From Psychrobacter cryohalolentis K5 (GTDB lineage Bacteria > Pseudomonadota > Gammaproteobacteria > Pseudomonadales > Moraxellaceae): DNA of 32,000 bases. The stretch's first letter is position 1. Each line of letters opens with the position of its first letter. A program made the translations under genes and the position numbers. This document shows, one piece after another, positions 18,563 through 29,115 of this stretch. Below the pieces are notes generated by a model. That model had not been told where the DNA came from. It did no database searches and worked only from the letters and a program-made list of their open reading frames with translations. The stretch spans positions 150,001-182,000 of the forward strand of contig NC_007969.1 of the NCBI RefSeq assembly GCF_000013905.1, given 5' to 3'.

Positions 18563-20224
18563 ATGGCTCAATATATTTACACGATGAACAACGTGTCAAA
18601 ACTTGTTCCACCTAAGCGTGAAATCTTAAAGAACATCAACCTATCGTTTTTCCCTGGCGCCAAAATTGGTGTTTTGGGTATCAATGGTTCAGGTAAATCA
18701 ACCTTGCTACGCATCATGGCGGGCGTGGATACTGAATTTAGTGGTGAAGCTCGTGCGCAAACGGGTACCAAAATTGGTTATTTGCCGCAGGAACCGCAGC
18801 TCGATGACAGCAAAGATGTCCGTGGTAACGTCGAAGACGGTATGCGTGAGGCGTTAGATGCGCTTGCTCGTCTTGATGCCATTTATGCGGAATATGCTGA
18901 ACCTGATGCTGATTTTGACAAGCTTGCTGAAGAACAAGGTAAGATGGAAGACATCATCCAAGCATGGGATGCGCATAACTTAAATACCCAGCTTGAAAAA
19001 GCGGCTGATGCACTTCGTCTGCCACCTTGGGATGCGGATGTCAGTAAACTGTCTGGTGGTGAAAAACGCCGTGTGGCACTATGTCGTTTGCTCTTATCAC
19101 GCCCTGATATGTTATTACTTGACGAACCAACCAACCATTTGGACGCTGAGTCCGTGGCATGGTTAGAGCAGTTCCTGCAGAACTATAGCGGTACTATCGT
19201 TGCCATTACCCATGACCGTTATTTCTTGGATAATGTCGCTCAGTGGATTTTGGAGCTTGACCGCGGTCATGGCTATCCGTATGAAGGCAACTATACTGAG
19301 TGGCTAGAGCAAAAGAACACTCGTCTAGAGCAGCAGAATAAGCAAGAAGAATCGTTTGCTAAAGCGTTGAAAAAAGAGCTGGATTGGATTCGTAAAAACC
19401 AAAAAGGTCAACAAGCTAAGTCCAAATCTCGCGTGCAGCGTTTTGAAGAATTGAACTCACAAGAGTTCCAGAAGCGTAATGAGACCTCTGAGATTTATAT
19501 TCCACCGGGTCCTCGTTTGGGTAATAAAGTCATCGAAGTCAACGATATCTCCAAGTCATTTGGTGACCGTTTACTTTATGAAAACCTTAGCTTTAACGTC
19601 CCAGCTGGTGCCATTGTTGGTATTATTGGCCCAAATGGTGCGGGTAAAACCACCCTATTTAACATGATTACCGAACGCGATACGCCAGATACAGGCTCAG
19701 TCGATTTAGGTGAAAGTGTCAAAGTTGCTTATGTTGGTCAGGTACGCGACAATTTAGATGACAGCAAAACGGTTTGGGAAGAAATCTCTGACGGGCTTGA
19801 TATTATTACCGTTGGCGACTATACGACGCCAAGCCGCGCTTATATTGGTCGCTTTAACTTCAAAGGTTCAGACCAGCAAAAGCACGTCGGTCAATTGTCT
19901 GGTGGTGAGCGTAACCGCTTGCAGTTAGCTAAGACCTTGAAGCAAGGCGCAAACGTATTGCTCCTTGATGAACCATCAAACGATTTGGACATCGAAACCT
20001 TACGTGCGTTAGAAGATGCGATTCAGGTCTTCCCAGGTACTGTCATGGTCGTATCGCATGATCGATGGTTCCTTGACCGTATCGCGACTCATATCTTGGC
20101 GTTTGAAGATGAAGGTCCAGTTTGGTTCGATGGTAACTATTCTGAGTTTGAAACGTATCGTAAAAAGACGATGGGTGATGATGCCAATCCTAAGCGTATG
20201 AAGTATAAAAAGATTTCAACTTAA
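18563..20224 (+). CDS. ettA: ABC-F translational throttle protein EttA
   Basis: The start MAQYIYTMNNVSKxxPPKRxILK matches EttA. Two ABC cassettes are present (GINGSGKST/LSGGEKRR and GPNGAGKTT/LSGGERNR). GGAG lies 6 nt upstream of the ATG at 18563; the track start at 18527 is too long. Confidence 0.92.
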   Translation: MAQYIYTMNNVSKLVPPKREILKNINLSFFPGAKIGVLGINGSGKSTLLRIMAGVDTEFSGEARAQTGTKIGYLPQEPQLDDSKDVRGNVEDGMREALDALARLDAIYAEYAEPDADFDKLAEEQGKMEDIIQAWDAHNLNTQLEKAADALRLPPWDADVSKLSGGEKRRVALCRLLLSRPDMLLLDEPTNHLDAESVAWLEQFLQNYSGTIVAITHDRYFLDNVAQWILELDRGHGYPYEGNYTEWLEQKNTRLEQQNKQEESFAKALKKELDWIRKNQKGQQAKSKSRVQRFEELNSQEFQKRNETSEIYIPPGPRLGNKVIEVNDISKSFGDRLLYENLSFNVPAGAIVGIIGPNGAGKTTLFNMITERDTPDTGSVDLGESVKVAYVGQVRDNLDDSKTVWEEISDGLDIITVGDYTTPSRAYIGRFNFKGSDQQKHVGQLSGGERNRLQLAKTLKQGANVLLLDEPSNDLDIETLRALEDAIQVFPGTVMVVSHDRWFLDRIATHILAFEDEGPVWFDGNYSEFETYRKKTMGDDANPKRMKYKKIST

Positions 20225-20258
20225 GATAGCTACTCAGAAATTTCAAATGTAAAGTAAT

Positions 20259-20290
20259 AAAAAGACCTCTAATTATTAGAGGTCTTTTTT
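20259..20290. terminator. Bidirectional rho-independent terminator between ettA and plsB
   Basis: The stem GACCTCTAA (20264-20272) / TTAGAGGTC (20276-20284) has a 3-nt loop. It is flanked by AAAAA and TTTTTT. Confidence 0.85.
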
Positions 20291-20314
20291 ATGCATCATA
20301 GAATTGATTAAAAG

Positions 20315-23107
20315 TTAACGCTTACGCCCAAATTTCCGCTGCTTTTTATTACTAATCTCAGTAATAGCATGGGCAATCTCTTCTTCATTCAGACTGGCAA
20401 CTTGATGCAAGATTTGCATCATTTCAGGTCTCAGTACATATTTTGCATGATGAGCAATATCATTGATACGTTGATCAAAGGTTAAGATGCCAGTTTCTGC
20501 ATCTTTTTGCAGATAATCCAAACGAGTCAATGCACCGAGGAAACTGGTGAATAATGCGCGATCAAAGAAGTCAGGAATATCATCAGCGTATAGCACTGAT
20601 AAACGCTGACCAAGCAGATGACATAAATCAACTACTTCGTTTTCGGTCAAGTTGCCTGAGCCTTGCTGAGCGAGTAGAGCCAAGGTCATAAAGTAGCGTT
20701 CAAGGCTTTGTTCAACCGGCGTGGCAAGTACTTGTAGCTGTTGGTAGCATCTGCTATTAGCTTCAGGGACGCTGAGCATGCCATCGCCCAATTCTACAAT
20801 CAAACCATGAGCAATCAGACTGTCAACTTTTTTGTTCAGGGTATCCGCCAAACCATGCGCAGGATAATATAAGAATAGCTCGCTTTGTAAAAATGGATAG
20901 AGCTGCATGGCGATATTGTCTAGACGGCTACGTTCGATACGACCATTACGGGCAACTAAAGCCGCTAAGAAAGACAGGAGAATAAAGACATGCAAGATAT
21001 TATTACGGAAATAACTCAGCAGTGCTGCTTGTTTACCTGCAATCTGGATAATATCACCCAAGATATGAGGGATACGTTCAATAAGCTTAAGCTTAATACC
21101 GTAATCAATAATTTGCTGCGGTGACATGTCGGTAACGACCGTATCACTTGAATACGGCAGCTGTTGAGCCAAGCCTTGATAAAGGGCAATTTGCTCGCGG
21201 CAAATATCTTCATCGAGCGCCGATTTTGGTGCAGATAGTAACACCAGTGACAGCAAGGATACCGGAGTAACCACTGCTGCTTTATTGATATGCTGCATGA
21301 CTTTGACACCGATATTATCAACCATGGCGCTGGCTTTATCATCGAGCGGCGTATCGGTGCGATCAGCAGGTAAGCTGTTTTCTGGTACATCAAATTTGGC
21401 CATAAAATCGGTTAGATGTAGCGGTGTACCAAAACTTAAGTGCACATTGCCAAAAATACGTTCAATCTTGCGACCGACTTTGAGGAGTCCAAGTAATGAT
21501 TCAGACTCTTTTGGCTTACCTTTTAGCTCACCGATATAGGTGCCACCTTCCATGATGCGCTCATAACCGATATAAGTCGGAATAAAGACCACTGGCTTGT
21601 TACTCTGACGCAATTGGCTGTGCACTGTCATTGCTAGCATACCCATTTTCGGTGGTAGCAAACGTCCTGAGCGTGAGCGCCCGCCTTCGATAAAGTATTC
21701 AATCGGCGTATTACGAGTAATAAGCGTGTGCATGTACTCACGTAAAACTGCGGTATAAAGCGCATTACCACGGAAACTACGACGTATATAAAAAGCCACT
21801 GCACCGCGTAATATTGGACCTAAAACTGGCACATCTAAGTTGTCACCCGCAGCGACATAAGGAATACTCAAGCCGCGTTTATAAATGACATAAGACAGTA
21901 GTAGGTAGTCAACATGGCTACGATGACAAGGTACATATACCAGCTCATAATCTGCTGCCAGTTCACGTACACGCTCGAAGTGATGGACTTCTACACCATC
22001 ATACAGTTGCGTCCATAACCACGTTAAAAATTTATAAAAACCGCGGATGATGGCATGTGAGTAATCATTGACCATCTCATTAGCGTAGCTCTTTGCAAGT
22101 AGTCGCGCTTCTCGAGGGCTAGTACCGGTCTCTGCTGCTTCTGCCTCTATTGCATGTTTAATGGCAGGTGAGTAAACCAGCTTATCTACTAAGTTACGTC
22201 TGTCTGATAAGTCAGGACCGAGCATACTGGCGCGTTGTTTGTCCAAATAAATATTAAGCTGCTGCTGCAATGAGCGTACAAGCTCACGATTGCCATCAGC
22301 CGCAGCTACCACAGTATAATTTGGCGCTACACCGATTGTATTTTCAGTGGCGCTATCTGTAGCATCACTGGCATTCGTATCAAGAGTAGTAGATTCAAAG
22401 ATAACGGAATTTAAGTCAGTAGGCTCATCATCATCGCCCTGAAGGCTGTTATTAATAAGGGTTCGCAAATCTTGCGGAGGATGGAACTGTATAAAAGTAT
22501 CGCGTCCCATCACACCGATATTAAATAACTGTTTGGTAATGCTAGGATCTTGCCAGTTATCAGCCGTTAGCAGTTTAAATAAAGAATCCTCTTTTTCAGG
22601 CGCGCGTCCCCAGAGGATAGATACTGGTACCAAGCGTACTTTTAATTCTGGATACTGCAAAACAGCAGAGACCAGACGTGATAGGCGCGGTGATAGTTGG
22701 TTTTCTTTAGCATGGGGGTGATGTAAAAATATAATGGCAGCATTTTCTTTGATATTATGAGCACTGTCATTTACCCCAACCAATGCTGGCGGTAATTTAT
22801 GTTCTTGCGTTTGCAGGTCAATCAAAATACTGTTGGAGCGCGAATAATCTTGCAGCACATAAAATCTTAACGTCTGATCATCCTGATCAAACTCAGGTAA
22901 CTCACCTAAAAGCTTTGGTTTTACCGCCACATCTAGCATCTGTCCCGAGATTTTACGGTACAATTGATTAATTGGGGCATTAGTATAAGGCGTGGGTACA
23001 ATAGGGCTGCCATCAATTTGTGGCGTGTCTGACGGTTCAGTGGCTGGCGTATTACCGCTGACCACTGGTGCTTTAAAAATCCGTTTTTTTAAGAACTTCG
23101 GTATCAT
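20315..23107 (-). CDS. plsB: Glycerol-3-phosphate acyltransferase PlsB
   Basis: Catalytic motif VPCHRSHVDYLLLSY (HxxxxD), plus FIRRSFRGN, YFIEGGRSRSGRLL and IPTYIGYE blocks collinear with recalled E. coli PlsB. I list the ATG at 23107; the track start at 23119 is a TTG. There are N-terminal and internal acidic inserts. Confidence 0.92.
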   Translation of the reverse strand: MIPKFLKKRIFKAPVVSGNTPATEPSDTPQIDGSPIVPTPYTNAPINQLYRKISGQMLDVAVKPKLLGELPEFDQDDQTLRFYVLQDYSRSNSILIDLQTQEHKLPPALVGVNDSAHNIKENAAIIFLHHPHAKENQLSPRLSRLVSAVLQYPELKVRLVPVSILWGRAPEKEDSLFKLLTADNWQDPSITKQLFNIGVMGRDTFIQFHPPQDLRTLINNSLQGDDDEPTDLNSVIFESTTLDTNASDATDSATENTIGVAPNYTVVAAADGNRELVRSLQQQLNIYLDKQRASMLGPDLSDRRNLVDKLVYSPAIKHAIEAEAAETGTSPREARLLAKSYANEMVNDYSHAIIRGFYKFLTWLWTQLYDGVEVHHFERVRELAADYELVYVPCHRSHVDYLLLSYVIYKRGLSIPYVAAGDNLDVPVLGPILRGAVAFYIRRSFRGNALYTAVLREYMHTLITRNTPIEYFIEGGRSRSGRLLPPKMGMLAMTVHSQLRQSNKPVVFIPTYIGYERIMEGGTYIGELKGKPKESESLLGLLKVGRKIERIFGNVHLSFGTPLHLTDFMAKFDVPENSLPADRTDTPLDDKASAMVDNIGVKVMQHINKAAVVTPVSLLSLVLLSAPKSALDEDICREQIALYQGLAQQLPYSSDTVVTDMSPQQIIDYGIKLKLIERIPHILGDIIQIAGKQAALLSYFRNNILHVFILLSFLAALVARNGRIERSRLDNIAMQLYPFLQSELFLYYPAHGLADTLNKKVDSLIAHGLIVELGDGMLSVPEANSRCYQQLQVLATPVEQSLERYFMTLALLAQQGSGNLTENEVVDLCHLLGQRLSVLYADDIPDFFDRALFTSFLGALTRLDYLQKDAETGILTFDQRINDIAHHAKYVLRPEMMQILHQVASLNEEEIAHAITEISNKKQRKFGRKR

Positions 23108-23354
23108 AATCGGTATCAAAATTAGTCAAATATATTGCCCTTATAATGCCATAAAAGCCATCAAAGCGATATATAGTGTCTGTAGATACTACCAATATTA
23201 ATAAGCTCTGGTTACTGTGCAGTAAGATACGCGCTGCATAAGCTATTCAATGATTTGAAAAGTAAAGTATTTAGGGTAAAAATAGTTTTGTACAAGATAT
23301 ACTATATTGTATTTCTGCTTACTCATTAACGTCACTTAATTCAGTGAGAATATT

Positions 23355-23843
23355 ATGACGCCAGCTATCAATCTCGCCAAACAACGTGGTCTTGATTATC
23401 GATTACATGAATATATTCATGACAGTAACGCTGCCTCTTTTGGGTTAGAAGCGGCCGAAAAGCTGGGTGTTGACGTGACACAGGTTTTTAAAACCTTGGT
23501 CGTATTGACCGATACAGATGTGCTCGCTGTTGCTATCTTGCCAGTGGATAAAACCTTAAACTTTAAAAAAATGGCTAAGGCGCTATCTGTTAATAAAATG
23601 CTGGCCTGCAAAAAAGTCCAAATGGCAGATCCTAAACAGGTCGAGCGTAGTACCGGCTATGTATTAGGCGGTGTCAGTCCATTGGGACAAAAAAAACGCT
23701 TGCCAACTGTTATAGATGAGTCAGCGCAAACACATTCAACCATCTATGTGAGCGGTGGTCGCCGTGGTCTAGAGATTGAACTGCCGCCAGCACAATTAGC
23801 GACGACACTTACGGCTCGCTTTGCCTCTATTACCGATGATTGA
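23355..23843 (+). CDS. ybaK: Cys-tRNA(Pro)/Cys-tRNA(Cys) deacylase YbaK
   Basis: ~160 aa with the FKTLVV, TGYVLGGVSPLGQKK and IYVSGGRRGLEIEL blocks typical of YbaK/ProX trans-editing domains. Confidence 0.85.
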   Translation: MTPAINLAKQRGLDYRLHEYIHDSNAASFGLEAAEKLGVDVTQVFKTLVVLTDTDVLAVAILPVDKTLNFKKMAKALSVNKMLACKKVQMADPKQVERSTGYVLGGVSPLGQKKRLPTVIDESAQTHSTIYVSGGRRGLEIELPPAQLATTLTARFASITDD

Positions 23844-23924
23844 AAACGGCTGATTGTCAGATACATTAGCTTTGCGAAGCTATTCACTTTTCGTTTTTTA
23901 CCCGTATTGTATAAGGATATAATC

Positions 23925-24299
23925 ATGCCGCATTTAACCATTCAAGTGACACCCAATGTCAGTATTGCTCACGAAGAATCATTCCTCAAAGCATTGAATA
24001 AGATCCTGTGGGACAGTGGACACTTTGGTAAAGCAACAGATATTAAAGCGCGCATTATTCGTGTTGAAACGTTTTTAGTGGGCGTTGAAGATGATGAGCA
24101 AGTCAATGGCTTTATTTATGCACATCTGAAAATCATGAGCGGTCGTGATATAAGTATCCGTAATCAGCTTGCTGAGCAATTGGTGACTACTATAGAGCAA
24201 ACGCTGGGTGCTGAGCAATCAGGACGCGCATCGTTACAAGTATGCGTAGAGGTTGAAGAGATTAGCGCGGTGTATCATAAGAAAATGTTAAATGCGTAA
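23925..24299 (+). CDS. 5-carboxymethyl-2-hydroxymuconate isomerase (CHMI) family tautomerase
   Basis: The N-terminus MPHLTIQ carries the catalytic Pro1 signature of the tautomerase superfamily. Size is ~125 aa. AAGGA lies 8 nt upstream of the ATG at 23925. Confidence 0.7.
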   Translation: MPHLTIQVTPNVSIAHEESFLKALNKILWDSGHFGKATDIKARIIRVETFLVGVEDDEQVNGFIYAHLKIMSGRDISIRNQLAEQLVTTIEQTLGAEQSGRASLQVCVEVEEISAVYHKKMLNA

Positions 24300-24331
24300 C
24301 TGAATTTATTAGTTACTTGCTAATACAGTAT

Positions 24332-24367
24332 AAAAAAGCGCCTAGTTATTTAACTAAGCGCTTTTTT
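24332..24367. terminator. Bidirectional rho-independent terminator between the CHMI gene and the acyl-CoA dehydrogenase gene
   Basis: The stem spans 24337-24347 / 24352-24362 (AGCGCCTAGTT / AACTAAGCGCT, one mismatch). It is flanked by AAAAAA and TTTTTT. Confidence 0.8.
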
Positions 24368-24402
24368 ATTTATAACAGTCTTAGACTAGCTTTTAATCAA
24401 TT

Positions 24403-26223
24403 CTAGTCTAAGAAAGCAAAGTTATCAATGTCCATTGCTGTCATGCTGCTGCTTGGTGCAACCATGCCTTCGGCGTGACCTGAAGTACGTGGTAACAGCT
24501 TATCAAAATAGAATTCTGCCGTTTGGATTTTGGCTTTGTAAAACTCTGGTGATTCTGTACCGCCATTTTCAAGCTTGTCATACGCAACCGCTGCCATACG
24601 TGCCCAGTGGTAGCCCATCATCACATAGCCTGAGTACATTAAGAAATCATCAGATGCTGCTGAGATGATTTCACGGTCTTTACGTGCCATCAACATCAAG
24701 CGTACTGTCAGAGTGTTCCATTCAGCACACAGCTTAGTCAATGCCCAAACAAACTTGCGCATGTCTTTGTCTAAGGCATACTCGCCACACCATTTCATGA
24801 TGCTTGAAGTGTAATCGCGAATGATTTTACCTTTAGACTGCAAGATAACTTTACGACCTAATAGATCCAATGCTTGGATACCAGTCGTACCTTCGTACAT
24901 AGTCGCGATACGAGCATCACGAGCGATCAGCTCCATACCCCATTCTTTGATATAGCCATGACCGCCATAGACTTGCTGACCGTGTTTGGCTGCTTCAATA
25001 CCTAGCTCAGTCAAGAAGCCTTTTAGGATAGGCGTATAGAAGCCAAGCTTATCATCCCATTTTTCAAACTCCTCATCATCGCCATTGATGATGCCTTGTG
25101 CCATTTTATCTGCATAGCGTGCTGAATGATAAATCATTGAGCGACCGCCTTCAGCAAAAGCTTTTTGGGTCAATAGCATACGGCGTACGTCAGCATGATG
25201 AATAATCGCATCAGCAACTTTTTCAGGATCTTTCGTGCCTGATAAAGTACGCATTGAACGACGATCTTTGGCATATGGTAGGGCGTTTTGGAATGACAAT
25301 TCAGTGTGCGCCAGACCTTGGATACCAGTACCAATACGGGCAGTGTTCATAAAGGTGAACATGGCTTTTAGACCTTTGTTCGGCTCACCAATTAAGTAAC
25401 CAACGGCATCATCAAAGTTTAGGACACAAGTCGCTGATGAGCTGATGCCCATTTTGTGTTCAATAGATCCACAAGAGACGCCATTGCGCTCGCCAATTTC
25501 GCCTTCAGCATTTGGCAAAAATTTCGGTACGATAAACAATGAAATACCGCGGGTGCCTTCTGGTGCATCCGGTAGACGGGCTAAAACGATATGAATAATG
25601 TTTTCAGTTAAGTCATGCTCGCCACTTGAGATGAAGATCTTAGTACCGCTAAGCTTATAGCTGGCGTCGTCTTGTGGAATAGCTTTTGACTTTACTTGAC
25701 CCAAGTCTGTACCACATTGTGGCTCAGTTAGACACATAGTGCCTGCCCAAGAGCCTTCGACCAATTTATGTAGATACGTCTCTTTTTGCTCATCCGTACC
25801 ATACTGCATAATGGTATTGATACAGCCGGTTGATAAACCAGGATACATTGCCCAAGGCCAGTTAGCCGTACCGATCATTTCAGCTTTGATAAGGTTCAAT
25901 GAGGTCGGTAAGTTCATACCGCCATATTCTTCAGGGTAAGAAATACCTTGCCAGCCACCATCAACAAACTGCTGATATGCTTCTTTAAAGCCTTTAGGCG
26001 TAGTCACCACACCATTCTCAAAATGACAACCTTCTTCATCCGCTGGCTGATATAAAGGTGCCAAAACGTTTTCAGCAAAATCTGCCATCCCTTGAAGAAT
26101 CATATCAACGGTTTCAGGATCTGCATTTTCGCCATTATCCAAATCTTTATAATGCGTTTGGTAGTCAAATACATCATTAATTAAAAACTTGATATCACGT
26201 AAAGGTGCTTTGTAAGTTAACAT
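24403..26223 (-). CDS. Long-form acyl-CoA dehydrogenase (FadE-like, ~600 aa, with C-terminal AcylCoA_DH_C-type domain)
   Basis: MLTYKAPLRDIKF, CLTEPQCGTDLG, IFISSGEHD, YEGTTGIQALDLLGRK and a C-terminal helical extension match this family. Confidence 0.9.
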   Translation of the reverse strand: MLTYKAPLRDIKFLINDVFDYQTHYKDLDNGENADPETVDMILQGMADFAENVLAPLYQPADEEGCHFENGVVTTPKGFKEAYQQFVDGGWQGISYPEEYGGMNLPTSLNLIKAEMIGTANWPWAMYPGLSTGCINTIMQYGTDEQKETYLHKLVEGSWAGTMCLTEPQCGTDLGQVKSKAIPQDDASYKLSGTKIFISSGEHDLTENIIHIVLARLPDAPEGTRGISLFIVPKFLPNAEGEIGERNGVSCGSIEHKMGISSSATCVLNFDDAVGYLIGEPNKGLKAMFTFMNTARIGTGIQGLAHTELSFQNALPYAKDRRSMRTLSGTKDPEKVADAIIHHADVRRMLLTQKAFAEGGRSMIYHSARYADKMAQGIINGDDEEFEKWDDKLGFYTPILKGFLTELGIEAAKHGQQVYGGHGYIKEWGMELIARDARIATMYEGTTGIQALDLLGRKVILQSKGKIIRDYTSSIMKWCGEYALDKDMRKFVWALTKLCAEWNTLTVRLMLMARKDREIISAASDDFLMYSGYVMMGYHWARMAAVAYDKLENGGTESPEFYKAKIQTAEFYFDKLLPRTSGHAEGMVAPSSSMTAMDIDNFAFLD

Positions 26224-26630
26224 AGTCGTTCTCTTTAGTTGTTCGCTATCATAGACGGTTGACTTAGTTTTTAAGCCAGAGTTTATGGAAACGATTTTAA
26301 TTATTTGGAATAAAAACAGAGAATATCTTGAGTCAATGGGTGGATATGTTAAGGCTAGCTTGTCTATTTTGGAAACTGTTAAGTTATCCTTGATAAAAAA
26401 CAGTCGTTACGCATTGATGCAGTATAAATCTTATATAGCGACAAATATATAACTAATAACTAATATTCATAGTTTATTAGTATAATTACAACATTAAGTT
26501 ATTATTGTGTCAATGAGCTTTTTAACCTCATATTTTGCTAAGCCATTATCTATAATAAGAATAACCGTATGATCAAGGCGAACGGTAAGCCCATTATTCT
26601 AATGCATTTACGATATAAGGAAGGCCTTGT

Positions 26631-27758
26631 ATGAGCGCACCAAAGTCCAAGGCAAAGCGGGTGTATTGGCTGACACTATTATTGACTCGCCTGAAGTTTT
26701 TGATAGATGGTGAGCTTGCTCATTTGCTCACCGTCAATCAAAGCAAGAGACCATGGCATATGCCCATTATCGCTGCCATTACCATCAGTTTCCCCGTATT
26801 TGTGGGCGCTTACTTTGAGGCTTTGCCATCAGGTATCAAGGCGTCTTTGGGGGCAATGGTCATCTTGAATTTGCCTTTAATAGGCAAGCTGCCTTATCGT
26901 TTAGTGACTTTGATGGCATGGGGCTTTGCCATGTCGTTATGCTTTGCATTCGGCTTGGCAGCACAGCAAGTGCCTATTCTTAGGCTGCCAGTGTTTATGC
27001 TGATAGCCTTTGGTGTGGTTATGTTTGGACGTTATTATCGCCAGCCGCCGCCAGCTGGCTTGTTTGTGATGATGGCTGGGGCGCTAGCATTATTTATACC
27101 ACTGCCATTAGAGAAAATCATGTCAGCCACTGGGCTTGTGATGCTGGGCAGTGGCTTTGCCTTAATCATGGGGCTGCTGTATTCACTATTTTTATTAGCG
27201 ACGCGTCCTGCTACGCCGACACCAACTTATAGCTATGAGCCTGATACCATTAGTGAAAGCATTATTGTCGCGGGTTTTGTCAGTTTAGCGCTCTTGATTC
27301 CCTTAATGCTAAATATGTCTAATCCGTACTGGGCAGCGGTTAGCTGTTTTCTGATCATTCAGGGTATCCACTTACGGACGATGTGGATTAAGCAACTACA
27401 TCGTTTACTAGGGACATTGGTGGGCGCGGGTCTGGCGAGTTGGATGCTATCTTGGGGTCTGTCGATATGGGGTATCGCTATTTCAATATTGGTTATGATG
27501 CTTTGTATTGAATCCTTGGTAGATCGTCATTATGGACTAGCCGTTGTATTTATCACACCACTGACGATATTCATTGCAGAATATGGCAGTGGGTTACCGC
27601 TTACGTCAGCGGTCTATCAAGAGGTCACGCACACACGCTTGTTGGATACACTACTTGGTTGTATGGTGGGTCTTGGTGGCGGGGTTGTCATGCATTCAAC
27701 GAATTTGCGTGTACCGCTGCGCCGTATAGAAAAATGGCTGCTGACACGATTTGGCTAG
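26631..27758 (+). CDS. FUSC/ArAE-like integral membrane protein
   Basis: AAGGAAGG lies upstream of the ATG. The protein is 375 aa with ~9-10 hydrophobic segments, and NPYWAxVSxFLIxQ is the characteristic FUSC-family motif. Confidence 0.6.
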   Translation: MSAPKSKAKRVYWLTLLLTRLKFLIDGELAHLLTVNQSKRPWHMPIIAAITISFPVFVGAYFEALPSGIKASLGAMVILNLPLIGKLPYRLVTLMAWGFAMSLCFAFGLAAQQVPILRLPVFMLIAFGVVMFGRYYRQPPPAGLFVMMAGALALFIPLPLEKIMSATGLVMLGSGFALIMGLLYSLFLLATRPATPTPTYSYEPDTISESIIVAGFVSLALLIPLMLNMSNPYWAAVSCFLIIQGIHLRTMWIKQLHRLLGTLVGAGLASWMLSWGLSIWGIAISILVMMLCIESLVDRHYGLAVVFITPLTIFIAEYGSGLPLTSAVYQEVTHTRLLDTLLGCMVGLGGGVVMHSTNLRVPLRRIEKWLLTRFG

Positions 27759-27820
27759 TATAAAAACGTAGATCGTTTTTGTCATTTAGATAGATGATAG
27801 CTGCACTCGTGCACCGTTTA

Positions 27821-28687
27821 TTATGTTGATACGTTTTCTAATGCGGTAGTCGCTTGCGCAACATCAATAGCGCGTCCTGTCCAACGCTCAAAACTTAACG
27901 CCGCTTGCCCGATTAGCATGCCGTAACCATCCGATGTCTGAGCACCACGGATAGAAAAATGTTGTAAAAATGGCAGCTCACGTCCATACATCATATCGTA
28001 AGCATATTGGCAGTTTAGCTTATCGGTTAGTGGCAAGGTTTCACCTGATAGTCCGATGGATGTGGCATTGATAATGATATCAAAGTCGCCACTTAAATCA
28101 GCCGTCGCATAGGTCTGAATAGTATGTTGATTTATCTTTTCGCTTGCGGTGCTAAGTTCATCGACTAAAATTTCTGCCTTACTCACTGTACGATTGGCGA
28201 TACTCAGCGTTTCAATACCAGCCTCTATCAGCGGCAATACCACGCCGCGCGCTGCACCGCCTGCCCCAATGATTGCCACGCGTGCACCATTCAATGGCCA
28301 GCCTAAACGCTGCATATGATTGACCAATCCTTGACCATCAGTATTGTCACCAAATAACGCCTCTACTGGCGGTACACCTTTTGCTAGCAGAGCTTTATTT
28401 AATAATAATGTATTGACCGCGCCAGCGACTTTGGCATGCTCAGATAAGCCACCTCGCGCTGCACAGCACTCATAAGCGATCTGTTTAAAGGGTACAGTCA
28501 CATTGGCACCGACGCCGCCACCATGAAAGAATGCCTCAATCACTGCTGTAAAGCTTGCTGCGTCATCAGGGCAATATTGACGCTGATAACAGATATCAAG
28601 CCCTGCTTGCGTACCAAATAACGTATGGATTTCAGGAGACTTGCTGTGGGCAATTGGATTACCAATAACAATAAAATGCTGGGTCAT
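27821..28687 (-). CDS. aroE: Shikimate 5-dehydrogenase AroE
   Basis: VIGNPIAHSKSPxIH, NVTVPFK, GDNTDGxG and IIGAGGAARGV motifs are present. I chose the ATG at 28687 (GGAG upstream) over the track start at 28714. Confidence 0.9.
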   Translation of the reverse strand: MTQHFIVIGNPIAHSKSPEIHTLFGTQAGLDICYQRQYCPDDAASFTAVIEAFFHGGGVGANVTVPFKQIAYECCAARGGLSEHAKVAGAVNTLLLNKALLAKGVPPVEALFGDNTDGQGLVNHMQRLGWPLNGARVAIIGAGGAARGVVLPLIEAGIETLSIANRTVSKAEILVDELSTASEKINQHTIQTYATADLSGDFDIIINATSIGLSGETLPLTDKLNCQYAYDMMYGRELPFLQHFSIRGAQTSDGYGMLIGQAALSFERWTGRAIDVAQATTALENVST

Positions 28688-28774
28688 AAAGGCTCCACTG
28701 GCGGTACAGGGCATAAGTAAGGGTGATAGAGTAAGGGTATCAAAGCGTACTTATCATAAGGGATAACGCACCGT

Positions 28775-28802
28775 TTGACAAACCTGAAGCTATGGATATA
28801 AC
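28775..28802 (+). promoter_or_regulatory. Near-consensus sigma70 promoter (TTGACA-N16-TATAAC), ~310 nt upstream of the lipoprotein gene
   Basis: TTGACA at 28775-28780 and TATAAC at 28797-28802. No ORF or terminator lies between this element and 29116. Confidence 0.25.
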
Positions 28803-29115
28803 TAGCTGAGTCGGGATGAATTTTTATGACGTTAGCATCTTAACAAATCTGTACTCTCTGCGAGTGTTATCCGTAAGGTAAAGGGTGGTCAAGCGCTAAG
28901 CAGTTGGGTAAACTAGAGAGCATGAAAAAGTAACCATATTATTTTTCCCTGTGCTTTTTTAATGTGATTTATAGAATATTTAAATAGAAAAAGCGTATGT
29001 ATAAAATTCAGTGATAGCAAGACTTCAATAACAGACACTATTCATTATCAGCGGCATACCTAGCTGCTTGTTAATACCATTTTCAGAACTATCTTAAAGT
29101 GTGAGTAAGTTGCCC

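Noticed and set aside
26451-26486. AACTAATA tandem repeat plus a 7-bp inverted repeat ACTAATA-N9-TATTAGT overlapping a TATAAT, in the acyl-CoA dehydrogenase/FUSC divergent spacer. I considered it as a possible operator.
   Set aside because: The repeat is only 7 bp and entirely A/T-rich in an AT-rich spacer, so it is well within chance expectation. No regulator gene is adjacent.
28700-28930. Relatively GC-rich non-coding stretch upstream of the lipoprotein gene, considered as a possible sRNA (6S-like) or riboswitch.
   Set aside because: I found no recognisable conserved ncRNA motif, no stable terminator (only a 4-bp stem before the T-run at ~28955), and no tRNA-like arms. I retained it only as part of the long-leader observation.
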